Positions 9,614 to 19,736 of a stretch of DNA of 60,015 bases are shown here, in pieces; within the stretch, counting starts at the first letter, position 1, and each line of letters starts with the position of its first letter. Below the pieces are notes generated by a model, which was not told where the DNA came from, did no database searches, and was given only the letters and a program-made list of their open reading frames with translations. This DNA is from Acidithiobacillus ferrivorans (GTDB taxonomy: Bacteria; Pseudomonadota; Gammaproteobacteria; Acidithiobacillales; Acidithiobacillaceae), in NCBI GenBank assembly GCA_020723125.1, contig DYJM01000002.1:1-60015 (forward strand). Direction: 5' to 3'. Both the position numbers and the translations under genes were made by a program.

Positions 9614-10458
9614 CGTGGACGGGGAATTTCTATACCGGCGTTTTCGAGGGCTTCCGCCAACGCCCAGTTAAAAGCCGCATGGGTACTGCCAGGGCGCATC
9701 AGTCCGGACCTTTCCACCCAGACGATCATCTCGCAATCATACCCGGCCTCCCCAAACGCACTGATCCAGAGTGAAGGTGGGTACTGGGTGTTCGACGTAC
9801 ACAGGGGGTGAGCCAAGGCAGTATTCACCACCAGCTCACGGAGTTTTTCCCGGTCCGTCCCGTAGGGAACCCGAAAAGGAATGTGAATACGCATGACCGG
9901 ATCATCCAGACTCCAGTTGATCACTTCCCCATTCACAAACTGGGAATTCGGCACCAGAATATCCACATGATCGTTCGTCATTATCTGGGTATAACGCACG
10001 CTGAGTTTTTTGACTTCGCCGTGCAGGCCATTTTCCTTGATCTGAATATAATCTCCGACCTTGATACTGTGTTCAAAAAGCAGAATCAGACCAGAGGCAA
10101 AGTTGCTGAAAATATTCTGCAGACCAAAGCCCAAACCGACACCGACTACGCCACCGAGAATACTCAAACTGCTGAGATTGACGCCCACCGTTTGCAGGGC
10201 AATCAAAATACCCAAGGCAATGACCACATAGTAGGTCAACCTGGAAATTGCATAGGCAGTAGCCGCACCCAGACTCCGGGTCAGGGTTTTGCGTATCAGC
10301 CTTCTCAGCCAGATAGCGCCCCACCAGAGGAAAAACAGGATCAGCACAAATTCGATAATCCCCAGGGGTTCAATAAGAATATTGCCCGGCAAATGCCATG
10401 GCGTGGTAAACCATCGCCAGAAAGCCCCCCAATAATCATGCATATTCGGTTTCTCCAT
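9529..10458 (-). CDS. MscS-family mechanosensitive channel
   Basis: GVVGVGLGFGLQNIFSNFASG, IKVGDYI and VPNSQF..VINWS motifs. Confidence 0.9.
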   Translation of the reverse strand: MEKPNMHDYWGAFWRWFTTPWHLPGNILIEPLGIIEFVLILFFLWWGAIWLRRLIRKTLTRSLGAATAYAISRLTYYVVIALGILIALQTVGVNLSSLSILGGVVGVGLGFGLQNIFSNFASGLILLFEHSIKVGDYIQIKENGLHGEVKKLSVRYTQIMTNDHVDILVPNSQFVNGEVINWSLDDPVMRIHIPFRVPYGTDREKLRELVVNTALAHPLCTSNTQYPPSLWISAFGEAGYDCEMIVWVERSGLMRPGSTHAAFNWALAEALENAGIEIPRPRQEVVLAPSAASAFAEAAKPVSSSSSST

Positions 10459-10489
10459 TGATTTTTTTGCCCAGGTTAGGGTGTTTGTC

Positions 10490-10695
10490 CTGGAAACGGC
10501 AGTGGGTCTGGTCTGGGGGCTTTGCAGCGACTTTTGTTTCGCGCCGTTGTTGTTCTTGGCGAAATCCTGCGCCCGTCAGGAGAGCTGTCTGAGCCCGCAG
10601 GGCGAGTTCTCTCCTGACAGCAGGATGAGCCATAGAACAACAGGCAAGGAACAATGGAGCAAAAAGCCCCAGACCAGACCCACTGCCGTTTCCAG
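10490..10695. repeat. ~206-bp long-hairpin (MITE/REP-like) repeat, copy 1
   Basis: Perfect 29-bp terminal inverted repeats (CTGGAAACGGCAGTGGGTCTGGTCTGGGG) with nested inner stems; the ~148-bp core differs from copy 2 at 4 positions. Confidence 0.92.
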
Positions 10696-10807
10696 AACTA
10701 TGCCCAGTCTATCAGAATGCGCGCCGTGACAAACATACAACAACCCCTGCCGCAAAGCTTCCACATCAGTTACACTAAAGCAAAAATTGACTGGATAAGG
10801 TAGCCCC

Positions 10808-12547
10808 GTGAAAGCATTTGTTCTCCAGCCCCTGCAAGAGGCCCTCAATGCCCTGCTGCTGCAGGGCGTCATCCCGGAAGTTCCGGCTCAGCTCGAACTG
10901 GATCGTCCCAAGCAGGTGGAGCACGGCCATCTGGCCAGCAATATCGCCCTGCTTCTCGCCAAAAAGGCGGGGCGTAAACCCCGTGACCTGGCCGACACCA
11001 TTATTGCGGCCTTGCCCGCCAGCCCGTGGATAGTCCGTACGGAAATTGCCGGACCGGGGTTTATCAATTTTTTCCTGAGCCCTGCCGCTTTTCATGCGGT
11101 CATTGAAAAAATCCAGACCGAACAAAACCTGTTCGGGTCCAACCAACGCGGTGGGCAGCAAAAGCTGCAGTTGGAATTTGTTTCGGCCAATCCCACCGGT
11201 CCACTTCATGTGGGGCACGGTCGTGGTGCTGCCTACGGTGCAAGCCTGGCCAATATTTTGCGCTTCAACGGGTATGATATTTTCTGTGAATATTACGTGA
11301 ATGATGCCGGTCGGCAGATGGATATTCTGGCCGCCAGTGTTTATATGCGTTACCTCGAAGCGGCCGGACTGCTCCCCTGGCCCTTTCCTGACAACAGTTA
11401 TCGCGGCGCTTATGTGCGCGAAATTGCAGCACAACTACGCACGCAATGCGGTGATCGCCTGGAGCATGCCGCAGCCGACATCCCCAACCTGCCTGCCATG
11501 GAAGACGCCGATGCGGCTGTGGACACACTGATCGCCCACCTCAAGCAAAGTCTGGGGGAGGATTACCGCGTGCTGCACAGTGCCGGGCTCGATGAAATCC
11601 TGAACGACATCCGCAATGATCTGGAACAATTCGGCGTGCATTACGAACGCTGGTATTCGGAACGTCAACTGGTCGATTCCGGGGCCGTGGACCGGGCGGT
11701 GGCCGAACTGCAATCTGCCGGGCATTGTTATATTCAGGATGGTGCGCTCTGGTTCCGGTCAACCGCATTTGGCGATGACAAGGACCGGGTTCTGCGTCGG
11801 GAAAACGGCGCGTACACCTACTTTGCCTCGGATGTGGCTTACCATGCCGAGAAATTTGCCCGTGGTTTCACTCAGGTTGTGGATATGTGGGGTGCCGATC
11901 ATCACGGCTACGTTCCTCGCGTCAAGGCAGCACTCAAAGCACTGGGACTGGACGACGAAAAGCTCGAAGTCGTACTGGTCCAGTTTGCCATTCTTTATCG
12001 CGGGGCGGAAAAGGTATCCATGTCCACCCGTGCCGGAGAATTTGTCACCCTGCGCGAGCTGCGCGAAGAAGTTGGTAATGATGCCGCCCGCTTTTTTTAT
12101 GTGCTGCGCCGCGCGGACCAACACCTCGACTTTGATCTGGATCTGGCCAAAAAGCACTCGGAAGAAAACCCGGTGTTTTATATCCAGTATGCCCATGCCC
12201 GGGTTTACTCCATGCTCCGCCAGGCTACAGAAAAAGGCTTGAGTCTTCCTGCCGATAATGAGCGCGCACTGGATTGTCTGCAAGATTCCCGCGAGCTGGC
12301 TCTGGCCGATGCACTATGGCGTTTTCCGGAAGTCGTGCACAACGCCGCCCGGGATCGGGAACCGCATCAGATTGCTTTTTATCTGCGTGATCTGGCCGCC
12401 GCTTTTCACACTTATTACAACTCCACCAAGATTCTGGTGGAGGAACCCCCCCTGCGCCACGCCCGCCTGACGCTTTGCAAAGGGGTCGCCCAGACCATTG
12501 CCAATGGCTTGAAACTGCTTGGGGTCTCGGCACCGGAGCAGATGTAA
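10808..12547 (+). CDS. argS: arginyl-tRNA synthetase
   Basis: [17 protein letters not shown] (HIGH-type), GADHHGY, MSTRAG and [12 protein letters not shown]. Confidence 0.98.
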   Translation: MKAFVLQPLQEALNALLLQGVIPEVPAQLELDRPKQVEHGHLASNIALLLAKKAGRKPRDLADTIIAALPASPWIVRTEIAGPGFINFFLSPAAFHAVIEKIQTEQNLFGSNQRGGQQKLQLEFVSANPTGPLHVGHGRGAAYGASLANILRFNGYDIFCEYYVNDAGRQMDILAASVYMRYLEAAGLLPWPFPDNSYRGAYVREIAAQLRTQCGDRLEHAAADIPNLPAMEDADAAVDTLIAHLKQSLGEDYRVLHSAGLDEILNDIRNDLEQFGVHYERWYSERQLVDSGAVDRAVAELQSAGHCYIQDGALWFRSTAFGDDKDRVLRRENGAYTYFASDVAYHAEKFARGFTQVVDMWGADHHGYVPRVKAALKALGLDDEKLEVVLVQFAILYRGAEKVSMSTRAGEFVTLRELREEVGNDAARFFYVLRRADQHLDFDLDLAKKHSEENPVFYIQYAHARVYSMLRQATEKGLSLPADNERALDCLQDSRELALADALWRFPEVVHNAARDREPHQIAFYLRDLAAAFHTYYNSTKILVEEPPLRHARLTLCKGVAQTIANGLKLLGVSAPEQM

Positions 12548-12553
12548 ACCGTC

Positions 12554-13423
12554 ATGCGTGATTATAAGAACCAGACCAGCCGCCCAGCTTCCGGAGAGCA
12601 GCGCCCGGCGCCTCCACCCCGGAGGCCGATGGAGCCCGAACCCGAACTGGAGGAAGAGCAGGAAGCGCTGCATTCTGCCAAAGATCGAGGCCCCAGACGC
12701 TGGCCCTGGATATTGCTCATTATCATTCTCCTGCTCAGTGCGCTGGTGTGGTGGTGGATCGCGCAATTACCCATCAACACCGGCAAACTGGGGCTCCTGT
12801 CGAGGAATTCAGGCAGCACTGCCGCTACCGCATCAGCCAGCAGTAGTGCCAAGCCTGCAACAGGGGGCAACTCATCCAGTGCCAGTTCCCTGGCATTGGC
12901 TACGGCCATCGCGTCCTCCGGTGCTTCTGTCTCCGACACCAGTACCGGCAAAAACGGAACAGCAGCCAGCACTACCAGCACCCGGTCAACAGCCGCTGCC
13001 GCTTCCACACGCAGCGGCGTGGATTTCAACTTTTATCAGATCCTGCCGAAAATGCATGTCGATATACCGGCAGACATACTCGGCAGTGGTCCGGGCATTC
13101 CCTCCGCAAGCACCAACAGCGCTGCTGCCGTGGCCGTACATCAGCCGGTGACCATTCAGGTGGGGGCATTTACGAATCGGGCTGCCGCCGTCGTGCTCCG
13201 CGACCGCCTGGCACTACTGGGCGTCAGCACCAGCATGAGCAAGGTGGATGGCAATGGCAGTAACACACTTTATCGCCTGCAAACCCGAACGTTTGATTCT
13301 TTGGCCGATGCCCAACCCACTCTCGCCAAAATTCGCGGCATGGGCATCACCCCTTTGCTGATTGGTAACGGCATCATGGGCACAGCTACTAATGCACCGC
13401 TGTCCCAGTCTCCAGCGCCTTGA
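12554..13423 (+). CDS. SPOR-domain cell division protein (FtsN-like)
   Basis: Single TM segment, Ser/Thr/Ala-rich linker, DFNFYQILP and C-terminal IQVGAF SPOR motif; follows argS. Confidence 0.8.
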   Translation: MRDYKNQTSRPASGEQRPAPPPRRPMEPEPELEEEQEALHSAKDRGPRRWPWILLIIILLLSALVWWWIAQLPINTGKLGLLSRNSGSTAATASASSSAKPATGGNSSSASSLALATAIASSGASVSDTSTGKNGTAASTTSTRSTAAAASTRSGVDFNFYQILPKMHVDIPADILGSGPGIPSASTNSAAAVAVHQPVTIQVGAFTNRAAAVVLRDRLALLGVSTSMSKVDGNGSNTLYRLQTRTFDSLADAQPTLAKIRGMGITPLLIGNGIMGTATNAPLSQSPAP

Positions 13424-13856
13424 TGGCTGCAGCAGGAGTTTCCTGACCGGCCAGTACCTTGTCCAAGCCAGGCAGGTAATGGTTTATGGTTTCCACACCC
13501 AATAACAAGTAGGGACGCAACAAGGCCGTGGATAATACGGCTGCCGGTGCCTGCAAAACCGTCTTGAAATTGATTTCGCCATCTTCCATATCCAGCTCGA
13601 AATTACCCAGAGACAGGCCATAGTTGGCACGGGTCACAAATTCGGCCACCGCCAATCGCTTGTTCGCGGTAATATCCAGATTCTGTGGACGCAAATAAAA
13701 CAGGATGCGCTCACGATCCGCATGAACATGACAGAAAATATCCAGAGTGCCATTGGGTACCTGCAGCGCACAGGTCATGACCGGGTAATCCGGAAGCATT
13801 TTGGCTTCCCAGTCCAGTTCCACAAACAGTTTTTCAAGCACTTCCACATGATTCAT
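13389..13856 (-). CDS. YbjN-domain protein
   Basis: VAEFVTRANYGLSLGNFELDMEDGEI pattern typical of YbjN-like proteins. Confidence 0.75.
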   Translation of the reverse strand: MNHVEVLEKLFVELDWEAKMLPDYPVMTCALQVPNGTLDIFCHVHADRERILFYLRPQNLDITANKRLAVAEFVTRANYGLSLGNFELDMEDGEINFKTVLQAPAAVLSTALLRPYLLLGVETINHYLPGLDKVLAGQETPAAAIKALETGTAVH

Positions 13857-14662
13857 TGTTGGGATCCTTGTTCAGCAAAAGCCTCGGCGAGGCGAAAAAA
13901 GGCAGCCTGATCCAGTGTTTCTGCACGACAGGACGGATCAATATCCAGGCTCTGCAACTGCTCCGCACTGAAAATGCCGCGTAAATTGTTGGCGATGGTC
14001 TTGCGGCGCTGCGCAAAACTGCTGGTGACAATCCGGGCAAAGGCCGGGCGCAGCCGATCGGTCAGCAAAACCGGCTTACAGGGTAGCAAACGCATGAAGG
14101 CTGAATCCACCTTGGGCGCCGGAAAAAAATTCCCGGGACCCACCGTAAACAGGGACTCCACTTCACACCAGGCCTGAATCATCACCGATAATCGCCCATA
14201 GGTTTTGCTCCCGGGGGCCGCCACCATACGTTCGACGACCTCCTTTTGCAACATGAAGTGCATATCCTGAATCCGTTCCACCGACTCCAGAATATGAAAA
14301 ATAATGGGGGTCGCGACGTTGTAGGGAAGATTTCCCACCACCCGCAGCGGCTTGTCGCTGTCACCCAGACGCGCAAAATCCACCTTCAGGGCATCGGCCT
14401 GCAGGATCGTCATTTGCCCAGGGGCCGCCAGCGCTTCAAGGCCGGGGATCATGTCCCGATCCAGCTCAATCACGGTCAGATGATCCAGAACCTGGAGCAA
14501 CTTTTGGGTCAACGCCCCAGGCCCCGGCCCGATTTCCAGTAGAACATCCTGCCGATCCGGGCGAATGGCATCCATGATGCGCTCCACAATGTAGGGTTGC
14601 ACCAGAAAATTCTGTCCAAAACGCTTTTTGGCTGCCGGCAGGGCCCCCACTTGCATCATCAA
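13853..14662 (-). CDS. rsmA: 16S rRNA dimethyladenosine transferase RsmA/KsgA
   Basis: KKRFGQNFL, EIGPGPG, VGNLPYN, MLQKEV and PKVDSA motifs. Confidence 0.97.
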   Translation of the reverse strand: MMMQVGALPAAKKRFGQNFLVQPYIVERIMDAIRPDRQDVLLEIGPGPGALTQKLLQVLDHLTVIELDRDMIPGLEALAAPGQMTILQADALKVDFARLGDSDKPLRVVGNLPYNVATPIIFHILESVERIQDMHFMLQKEVVERMVAAPGSKTYGRLSVMIQAWCEVESLFTVGPGNFFPAPKVDSAFMRLLPCKPVLLTDRLRPAFARIVTSSFAQRRKTIANNLRGIFSAEQLQSLDIDPSCRAETLDQAAFFRLAEAFAEQGSQQ

Positions 14663-14703
14663 CCTCGCTTCATGCTATATTTGGGCGACGCCTCCAGCAG
14701 GCG

Positions 14704-15276
14704 ATGCGAAACGGAAAGCCCATGCACCTCGTGCTTCGTCTTGACGTCGGTGGTCGTCCCATGGCCTGGGAAACCTGGGAAGAAGCCGCCGCCCATTATG
14801 TCCGGGGTAATGTTGCCTGGACTCTCGGGAGTCCTTTTTTCACTGCCCACGGTGGAGTATGCCGGCGCAGTGGCATTCATTCCCAGCTCGACATTCATCC
14901 GGTCATTGCCGTGCGCGGTCGCCATCTTGGCAAGATCAGGCCTCCCGCCCTGACCAATCAAACCCTGTTTCACCGCGATCATCATCTCTGCATGTACTGT
15001 GGCAAGCACTTTCCGGTCCGCGAATTGACCCGTGACCACATCATTCCCATTTCTCGCAAGGGCCGGGATATCTGGACCAATGTGGTGACCGCCTGCCGCA
15101 GTTGTAACAGTCGCAAGGACAACCGCACTCCGGACGAAGCGCAGATGCCCTTGCTGGCGGTACCTTTTACGCCGACCTGGGCGGAGTATCTGTTGCTCAG
15201 CAATCGCCGCATTCTCGCCGATCAGATGGAGTTCCTGCTGGCTCAGGTGCCCGAAGGACGCAGCCGGATCGGCTAA
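14704..15276 (+). CDS. HNH endonuclease (McrA-like with CxxC pairs)
   Basis: RDHHLCMYCG, TRDHIIP and NVVTACRSCNSRK; start may be 14722. Confidence 0.88.
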   Translation: MRNGKPMHLVLRLDVGGRPMAWETWEEAAAHYVRGNVAWTLGSPFFTAHGGVCRRSGIHSQLDIHPVIAVRGRHLGKIRPPALTNQTLFHRDHHLCMYCGKHFPVRELTRDHIIPISRKGRDIWTNVVTACRSCNSRKDNRTPDEAQMPLLAVPFTPTWAEYLLLSNRRILADQMEFLLAQVPEGRSRIG

Positions 15277-15311
15277 ACGCCTGTTGTTTTCGACCTGAAC
15301 CAGCTTCTCCA

Positions 15312-16313
15312 TCAGGGCCGGTTCATTTGCCGGTTACGGACAATTTCTGCGGCAGCATCAAGCGCATGGAGAAGACTTTCGCCTTGCGCCCGGCCTGTGC
15401 CCGCCACATCCAGGGCCGTACCGTGGTCTACGCTGGTGCGCACAATAGGTAAACCCAGGGTAATATTCACGGCCTCACCAAACGCATGATATTTCAGCAC
15501 CGGCAACCCCTGATCATGATACATGGCCAGAACTGCGTCGGCGTCCTCCAGCAAGCGCGGCGTGAACAGGGTATCTGCCGGCCAGGGGCCGGAAACCCGT
15601 ATACCTTCCTGTTGCAAGGAATGAATCACCGGGATGATGATGTCGGTTTCTTCATGCCCCAGATGTCCACTTTCACCGGCGTGCGGGTTTAAACCCGCGA
15701 CCATGATGCGGGGCGCGGCCAGAGCAAAATCCTGAATCAGGGAAGCCTGCAGAATCCGCAGGGTCCGTTCCAGACCCCTCCGGGTAATGGCAGTTGATAC
15801 TGCGGCCAGAGGCAGATGGGTGGTGGCCAGGGCAACCCGCAACCCGCGTCCGGCCAGGAGCATCACCACCTCGCTTTGCCCGCAGGATGCAGCGAGGTAT
15901 TCGGTATGTCCCGTAAAGGGAATACCTGCGTCATTGATGACGCCCTTGTGCACAGGAGCAGTGACCATAGCGTCCGCCAGCCCCACGCGCAGCAAATCCA
16001 GGGCCTTGTCCAGACTGCGCAACACCGCCGGAGCATTGGCAGGATCCAGATGTCCCGGCCGGCAACTGTGCAGCAGGGGCATATCCAGCACCCGCAAAAC
16101 ACCGGGCTCGAGCTCAGGCCATGGATCCCCTTCCTGCCAGGGTTCCAGACGCACGGGCAGCCCCAATATCATCGCCCGGCTGCGCAGACAATGCATATCT
16201 CCGAGCAGAAGTACGGCTGCCGGCAGAGCATGCGTCGCCAACTGCAGACAAATATCCGGACCGATCCCGGCAGGTTCGCCAACGGTCACCAGCAAACGCG
16301 GCAATGTATTCAT
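15312..16313 (-). CDS. pdxA: 4-hydroxythreonine-4-phosphate dehydrogenase
   Basis: GEPAGIGPD, GHTEYL, GLNPHAGE, MYHDQG and TSVDHGTA motifs. Confidence 0.96.
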   Translation of the reverse strand: MNTLPRLLVTVGEPAGIGPDICLQLATHALPAAVLLLGDMHCLRSRAMILGLPVRLEPWQEGDPWPELEPGVLRVLDMPLLHSCRPGHLDPANAPAVLRSLDKALDLLRVGLADAMVTAPVHKGVINDAGIPFTGHTEYLAASCGQSEVVMLLAGRGLRVALATTHLPLAAVSTAITRRGLERTLRILQASLIQDFALAAPRIMVAGLNPHAGESGHLGHEETDIIIPVIHSLQQEGIRVSGPWPADTLFTPRLLEDADAVLAMYHDQGLPVLKYHAFGEAVNITLGLPIVRTSVDHGTALDVAGTGRAQGESLLHALDAAAEIVRNRQMNRP

Positions 16314-16561
16314 AACCCGGATTCCTCTGGCAGCATTTCAACGATGCCCTCTGGTCCTTCCACACGCTGGGGCAAGCGCAATATCCGCGCCCGCAGCAAA
16401 CGGTCACGAATATCCACGGTCAGTACATCTCCTGGTTTTACTTCCGCCCCGGCCTTGGCAATCCGACCATTGATTTGCACACAACCGGCATCACAGATTT
16501 CCTTGGCCAGACTGCGGCGCTTGATGAGCCGCGACATTTTCAGGAACAGATCCAGGCGCAT
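16310..16561 (-). CDS. S4-domain RNA-binding protein (Hsp15/YabO-like)
   Basis: MRLDLFLKMSRLIKRRSLAKEIC and VKPGDVL. Confidence 0.85.
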   Translation of the reverse strand: MRLDLFLKMSRLIKRRSLAKEICDAGCVQINGRIAKAGAEVKPGDVLTVDIRDRLLRARILRLPQRVEGPEGIVEMLPEESGL

Positions 16562-16576
16562 TTTAGTCGAAGCCTT

Positions 16577-17497
16577 TCAACGCATCTGTCCAAGGATGTC
16601 GGTAAAGGCATCCTCCAGACGGGGTTCCTGCAAATGCAGATCAAGAATTTGCGCAGGCAACTGCTGCAACTGGGCGAGGACTGCACCCAGAGGATTACGT
16701 TGTGCATCAATGCGAAATACCCGCATATTTTCAGCAGCTCCGGTCAGCAAATCTTCCAGCGCGGGACCCAGCTCTCCCGGATCACGATCAAATGTTACTT
16801 GTAAAATGCGCCAGTTGGAGGCTCGCAACAAGGCTTCCTTCCTGTCCAGAGCAACCATTTTTCCCTGCTGCAGGATAGCAATCCGCTCGCACAATTCCTC
16901 AGCTTCTTCCAGATAATGGGTGGTCAAAATGACCGTTCGGCCCTCGGCATTGTAGCGCCGGATGAACTGCCAGAGTCCCTGGCGCAACTCTACGTCCACG
17001 CCTGCAGTCGGCTCGTCCAGTACCACTACCGGTGGCCGATGTACCAGTGCCTGAGCAATCAGCACCCGCCGTTTCATGCCGCCCGATAAAGTGCGGAGAT
17101 TGGCATTGGCCTTATCCGCCAAATCCAGCTCGGCCATGAGTTCATCCAGCCAGTCATCATTATGGCGCAGGCCGAAATAGCCCGATTGCAGGCGCAGAAA
17201 TTCGCGCACGGTAAAAAAGGGATCGTAGGCCAGCTCCTGGGGAACCACTCCCAGCAATTGCCGGGTTCGACGAAAATCTCTTTCGACATCGAACCCGAAA
17301 ATTTCCGCCACGCCACTGGAGCGGCGGACCACACCGGCAAGTATATTGATGAGCGATGACTTACCCGCCCCATTGGGGCCCAGCAAACCGAAAAACTCAC
17401 CGGCGTGAATATCCAGATCCACACCCGCCAGCGCAAGATGTCCGCTCTGGTAGGCTTTACGTAAACCCTGAAGGTGAATGGCGGGACAATCACTCAT
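16577..17497 (-). CDS. ABC transporter ATP-binding protein (YadG-like)
   Basis: GPNGAGKS Walker A, LSGGMKRR and LDEPTAGVDVELR. Confidence 0.92.
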   Translation of the reverse strand: MSDCPAIHLQGLRKAYQSGHLALAGVDLDIHAGEFFGLLGPNGAGKSSLINILAGVVRRSSGVAEIFGFDVERDFRRTRQLLGVVPQELAYDPFFTVREFLRLQSGYFGLRHNDDWLDELMAELDLADKANANLRTLSGGMKRRVLIAQALVHRPPVVVLDEPTAGVDVELRQGLWQFIRRYNAEGRTVILTTHYLEEAEELCERIAILQQGKMVALDRKEALLRASNWRILQVTFDRDPGELGPALEDLLTGAAENMRVFRIDAQRNPLGAVLAQLQQLPAQILDLHLQEPRLEDAFTDILGQMR

Positions 17498-17807
17498 GAC
17501 AAATGTGCAGCATATCCTGCAAACGATAAAGGGCCACCAGCTCCTGCAAGGGTTGCGACATCCCGCAAATTTGCAAAGTCACCCCTCTGGACGCCTGGAC
17601 CTGGGTCCATTCCATGAGCAAAGCCAGGGTGGCACTATCGCCGGACCCAAGCTCACTCAAGGCAATTACTGCACAGCCCTGACTGTCCCTGCTCCAGTCA
17701 AAGCGTTTGAGCAGTTCGTCCAGATGCGCAACCCGCCAGTCTCCCAGCAAGAAGAGTTGGGTCTGTCCGCCGACTTCACGGCGCTGCCAGCTGGCTCCCA
17801 GACTCAA
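17490..17807 (-). CDS. mlaB: STAS-domain protein MlaB
   Basis: DSATLALL and LQELVALYRL STAS pattern; position after mlaC. Confidence 0.8.
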   Translation of the reverse strand: MSLGASWQRREVGGQTQLFLLGDWRVAHLDELLKRFDWSRDSQGCAVIALSELGSGDSATLALLMEWTQVQASRGVTLQICGMSQPLQELVALYRLQDMLHICHE

Positions 17808-18445
17808 GCGGGCTGCTTCCCGGAACTTTTTTCAGTCGCATCTTTCTCGGTCATTTGCTGGAGCAAGGCGGGGATTCCGCGACTGGAAACTATCTGCCCG
17901 AAACTCTGTCGATAATTGAGAACCATGCTCACACCATCGATGTAGGTGTTATATATCCGCCAGCTATGATCGGTGTAGAGCAAGGCATAAATGACCGGAA
18001 TATCTGGACCACCATCGGCTTGGCGAATAACCATGTTGACCTGGGCTACGGGCGGGTCTTGGGAAACCTGCTGGCTACCCGTGATTTTTACCGTCTGACC
18101 ATGATAATGATTCAGCGCATTACTGTAGGTACGCACCAGCAGATCCTTGAAAAGGACTACAAATTCTTTCTGCTGCGCAGGATTCATCTGCCGCCAGTAT
18201 TGCGCCATGACATATTGGGACATGGTAGTGAAGTCCATATGCGGCAACACAATATCAGCCACCTGCTTTTTGACGGCCGGAGTGATGGGTTTACCCTTGT
18301 TGGCGCGCAGCACCTTCAAGACATTATTGGTGAGCTCATGGACCACGGTGACGGCACCCTGGGCGTTGGGAGCATCCGCAGCACTGGCCGGCACAGTCCA
18401 GGTGAAAATCAAACATAACAGCGCAATCCAGGTGATCTGACGCAT
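17804..18445 (-). CDS. mlaC: phospholipid-binding periplasmic protein MlaC/Ttg2D
   Basis: Signal peptide, LLVRTYS and DGVSMVLNYRQSF; AGGAGA RBS upstream. Confidence 0.9.
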   Translation of the reverse strand: MRQITWIALLCLIFTWTVPASAADAPNAQGAVTVVHELTNNVLKVLRANKGKPITPAVKKQVADIVLPHMDFTTMSQYVMAQYWRQMNPAQQKEFVVLFKDLLVRTYSNALNHYHGQTVKITGSQQVSQDPPVAQVNMVIRQADGGPDIPVIYALLYTDHSWRIYNTYIDGVSMVLNYRQSFGQIVSSRGIPALLQQMTEKDATEKSSGKQPA

Positions 18446-18457
18446 CAAAATTTCTCC

Positions 18458-18937
18458 TTATTGACTTCCTGAAGACTTGCTACTTCCTGCAGCCTTGCTG
18501 AACACCATCTGACCAATCATCTGATCGATATTGACTGCACCCTGGGTCATGGTAATGGTCGCACCGGGCTTGAGGTTCTGCGGCATGCCACCCGGCTGAA
18601 TGGCAATATACTGTTCACCCAGCAGTCCCTGCGTATAAATCGAGGCTCCCGTATCAATCGGCAGCTTGATGGACGGTTCGATGCGCATGGTCACATTGGC
18701 CATATAGGTTTTCGGATTCATACCGATATGGGTGACTTCACCCACGGTAACGCCACCGATCTTGACCGGACTGCGAGTCTTGAGACTGCCGACATTGGTA
18801 AAATCGGCATGCAGCACATAACCACTATCATAGGCAAAGCCGGAAAGATTCCCTACCCGTAGAGCCAGCACCACCAGTGCCGCAATGCCCAGCAATACAA
18901 ATATGCCGACCCACCAATCTATTGCCCGAGTTTCCAT
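18458..18937 (-). CDS. mlaD: MCE-domain protein MlaD
   Basis: SPVKIGGVTVGEV and TQGLLGEQYI; ATG at 18937. Confidence 0.93.
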   Translation of the reverse strand: METRAIDWWVGIFVLLGIAALVVLALRVGNLSGFAYDSGYVLHADFTNVGSLKTRSPVKIGGVTVGEVTHIGMNPKTYMANVTMRIEPSIKLPIDTGASIYTQGLLGEQYIAIQPGGMPQNLKPGATITMTQGAVNIDQMIGQMVFSKAAGSSKSSGSQ

Positions 18938-18950
18938 GTGCTTCCTGCCC

Positions 18951-19733
18951 TCAGCTGAATAGCAAAGCTGTAAGAATAAAATCAAGACCCAATACGGTCA
19001 GCGAGGCTGTCACCACACTCAGCGTCGTGGCATTCCCTACCCCTTCCGCCGTCGGCCGCGCCGTATATCCTTTCCAGGCGGCAATCCAGGTCACCACCAC
19101 ACCAAAACACAGGGCCTTGAACAAACCCGTCAGTATATCCCCTGAAAAGGTCACGTTAGACTGCATCTGCGCCCAGAAAGTCCCTCCATCCACCCCCAAT
19201 ACCGGCACGGAAATCAGATATCCGCCAAAAATCCCGACCAGATCGAAAATCGCGCAGAGTATGGGCACCGAGATGATCCCCGCCCAGAGACGGGGAGCCA
19301 CTACCCAGGCCAGGGGATTCACTGCCATCATTTCCATGGCGCTCAACTGCTCGGTGGCTTTCATCGAGCTGATTTCTGCAGTCAGCGCAGAGCCTGCACG
19401 CCCGGCAAATAACAAGGCGGTCAGCACTGGCCCCAGCTCGCGCAGCAACGACAAGGCAACCAAAGTCCCCAAAGCCGAAGTCGCCCCAAAACGCACCAGC
19501 GCGTAGTAACCCTGAAAGCCCAGAACCATTCCCGTAAAAAACGCCGCGACCACCATGAGAATCAGTGAACGCACACCAAAACCATAAATCTGCCGGAATA
19601 ATTGCTGAAAGCTGAAGTGCCGGTTAAACACACTGAGCAGGCTTGTCAGCAGAAAACGGCTGGCGGCACCCAGACCGGGAATGCTTTGCAGGGTACGGCG
19701 GCCCAATTGCGGAATAAATTCGAGCATGGCCAT
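18951..19733 (-). CDS. mlaE: ABC permease MlaE
   Basis: LLRELGPVLTALLFAGRAGSALTAEI motif. Confidence 0.95.
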   Translation of the reverse strand: MAMLEFIPQLGRRTLQSIPGLGAASRFLLTSLLSVFNRHFSFQQLFRQIYGFGVRSLILMVVAAFFTGMVLGFQGYYALVRFGATSALGTLVALSLLRELGPVLTALLFAGRAGSALTAEISSMKATEQLSAMEMMAVNPLAWVVAPRLWAGIISVPILCAIFDLVGIFGGYLISVPVLGVDGGTFWAQMQSNVTFSGDILTGLFKALCFGVVVTWIAAWKGYTARPTAEGVGNATTLSVVTASLTVLGLDFILTALLFS

Positions 19734-19736
19734 GGG

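Noticed and set aside
10436-10872. Short ORFs over repeat copy 1, with near-identical ORFs at 22249-22437 and 22267 onward
   Set aside because: The protein similarity is a by-product of the DNA repeat; starts and ends differ between copies and there is no recognisable domain.
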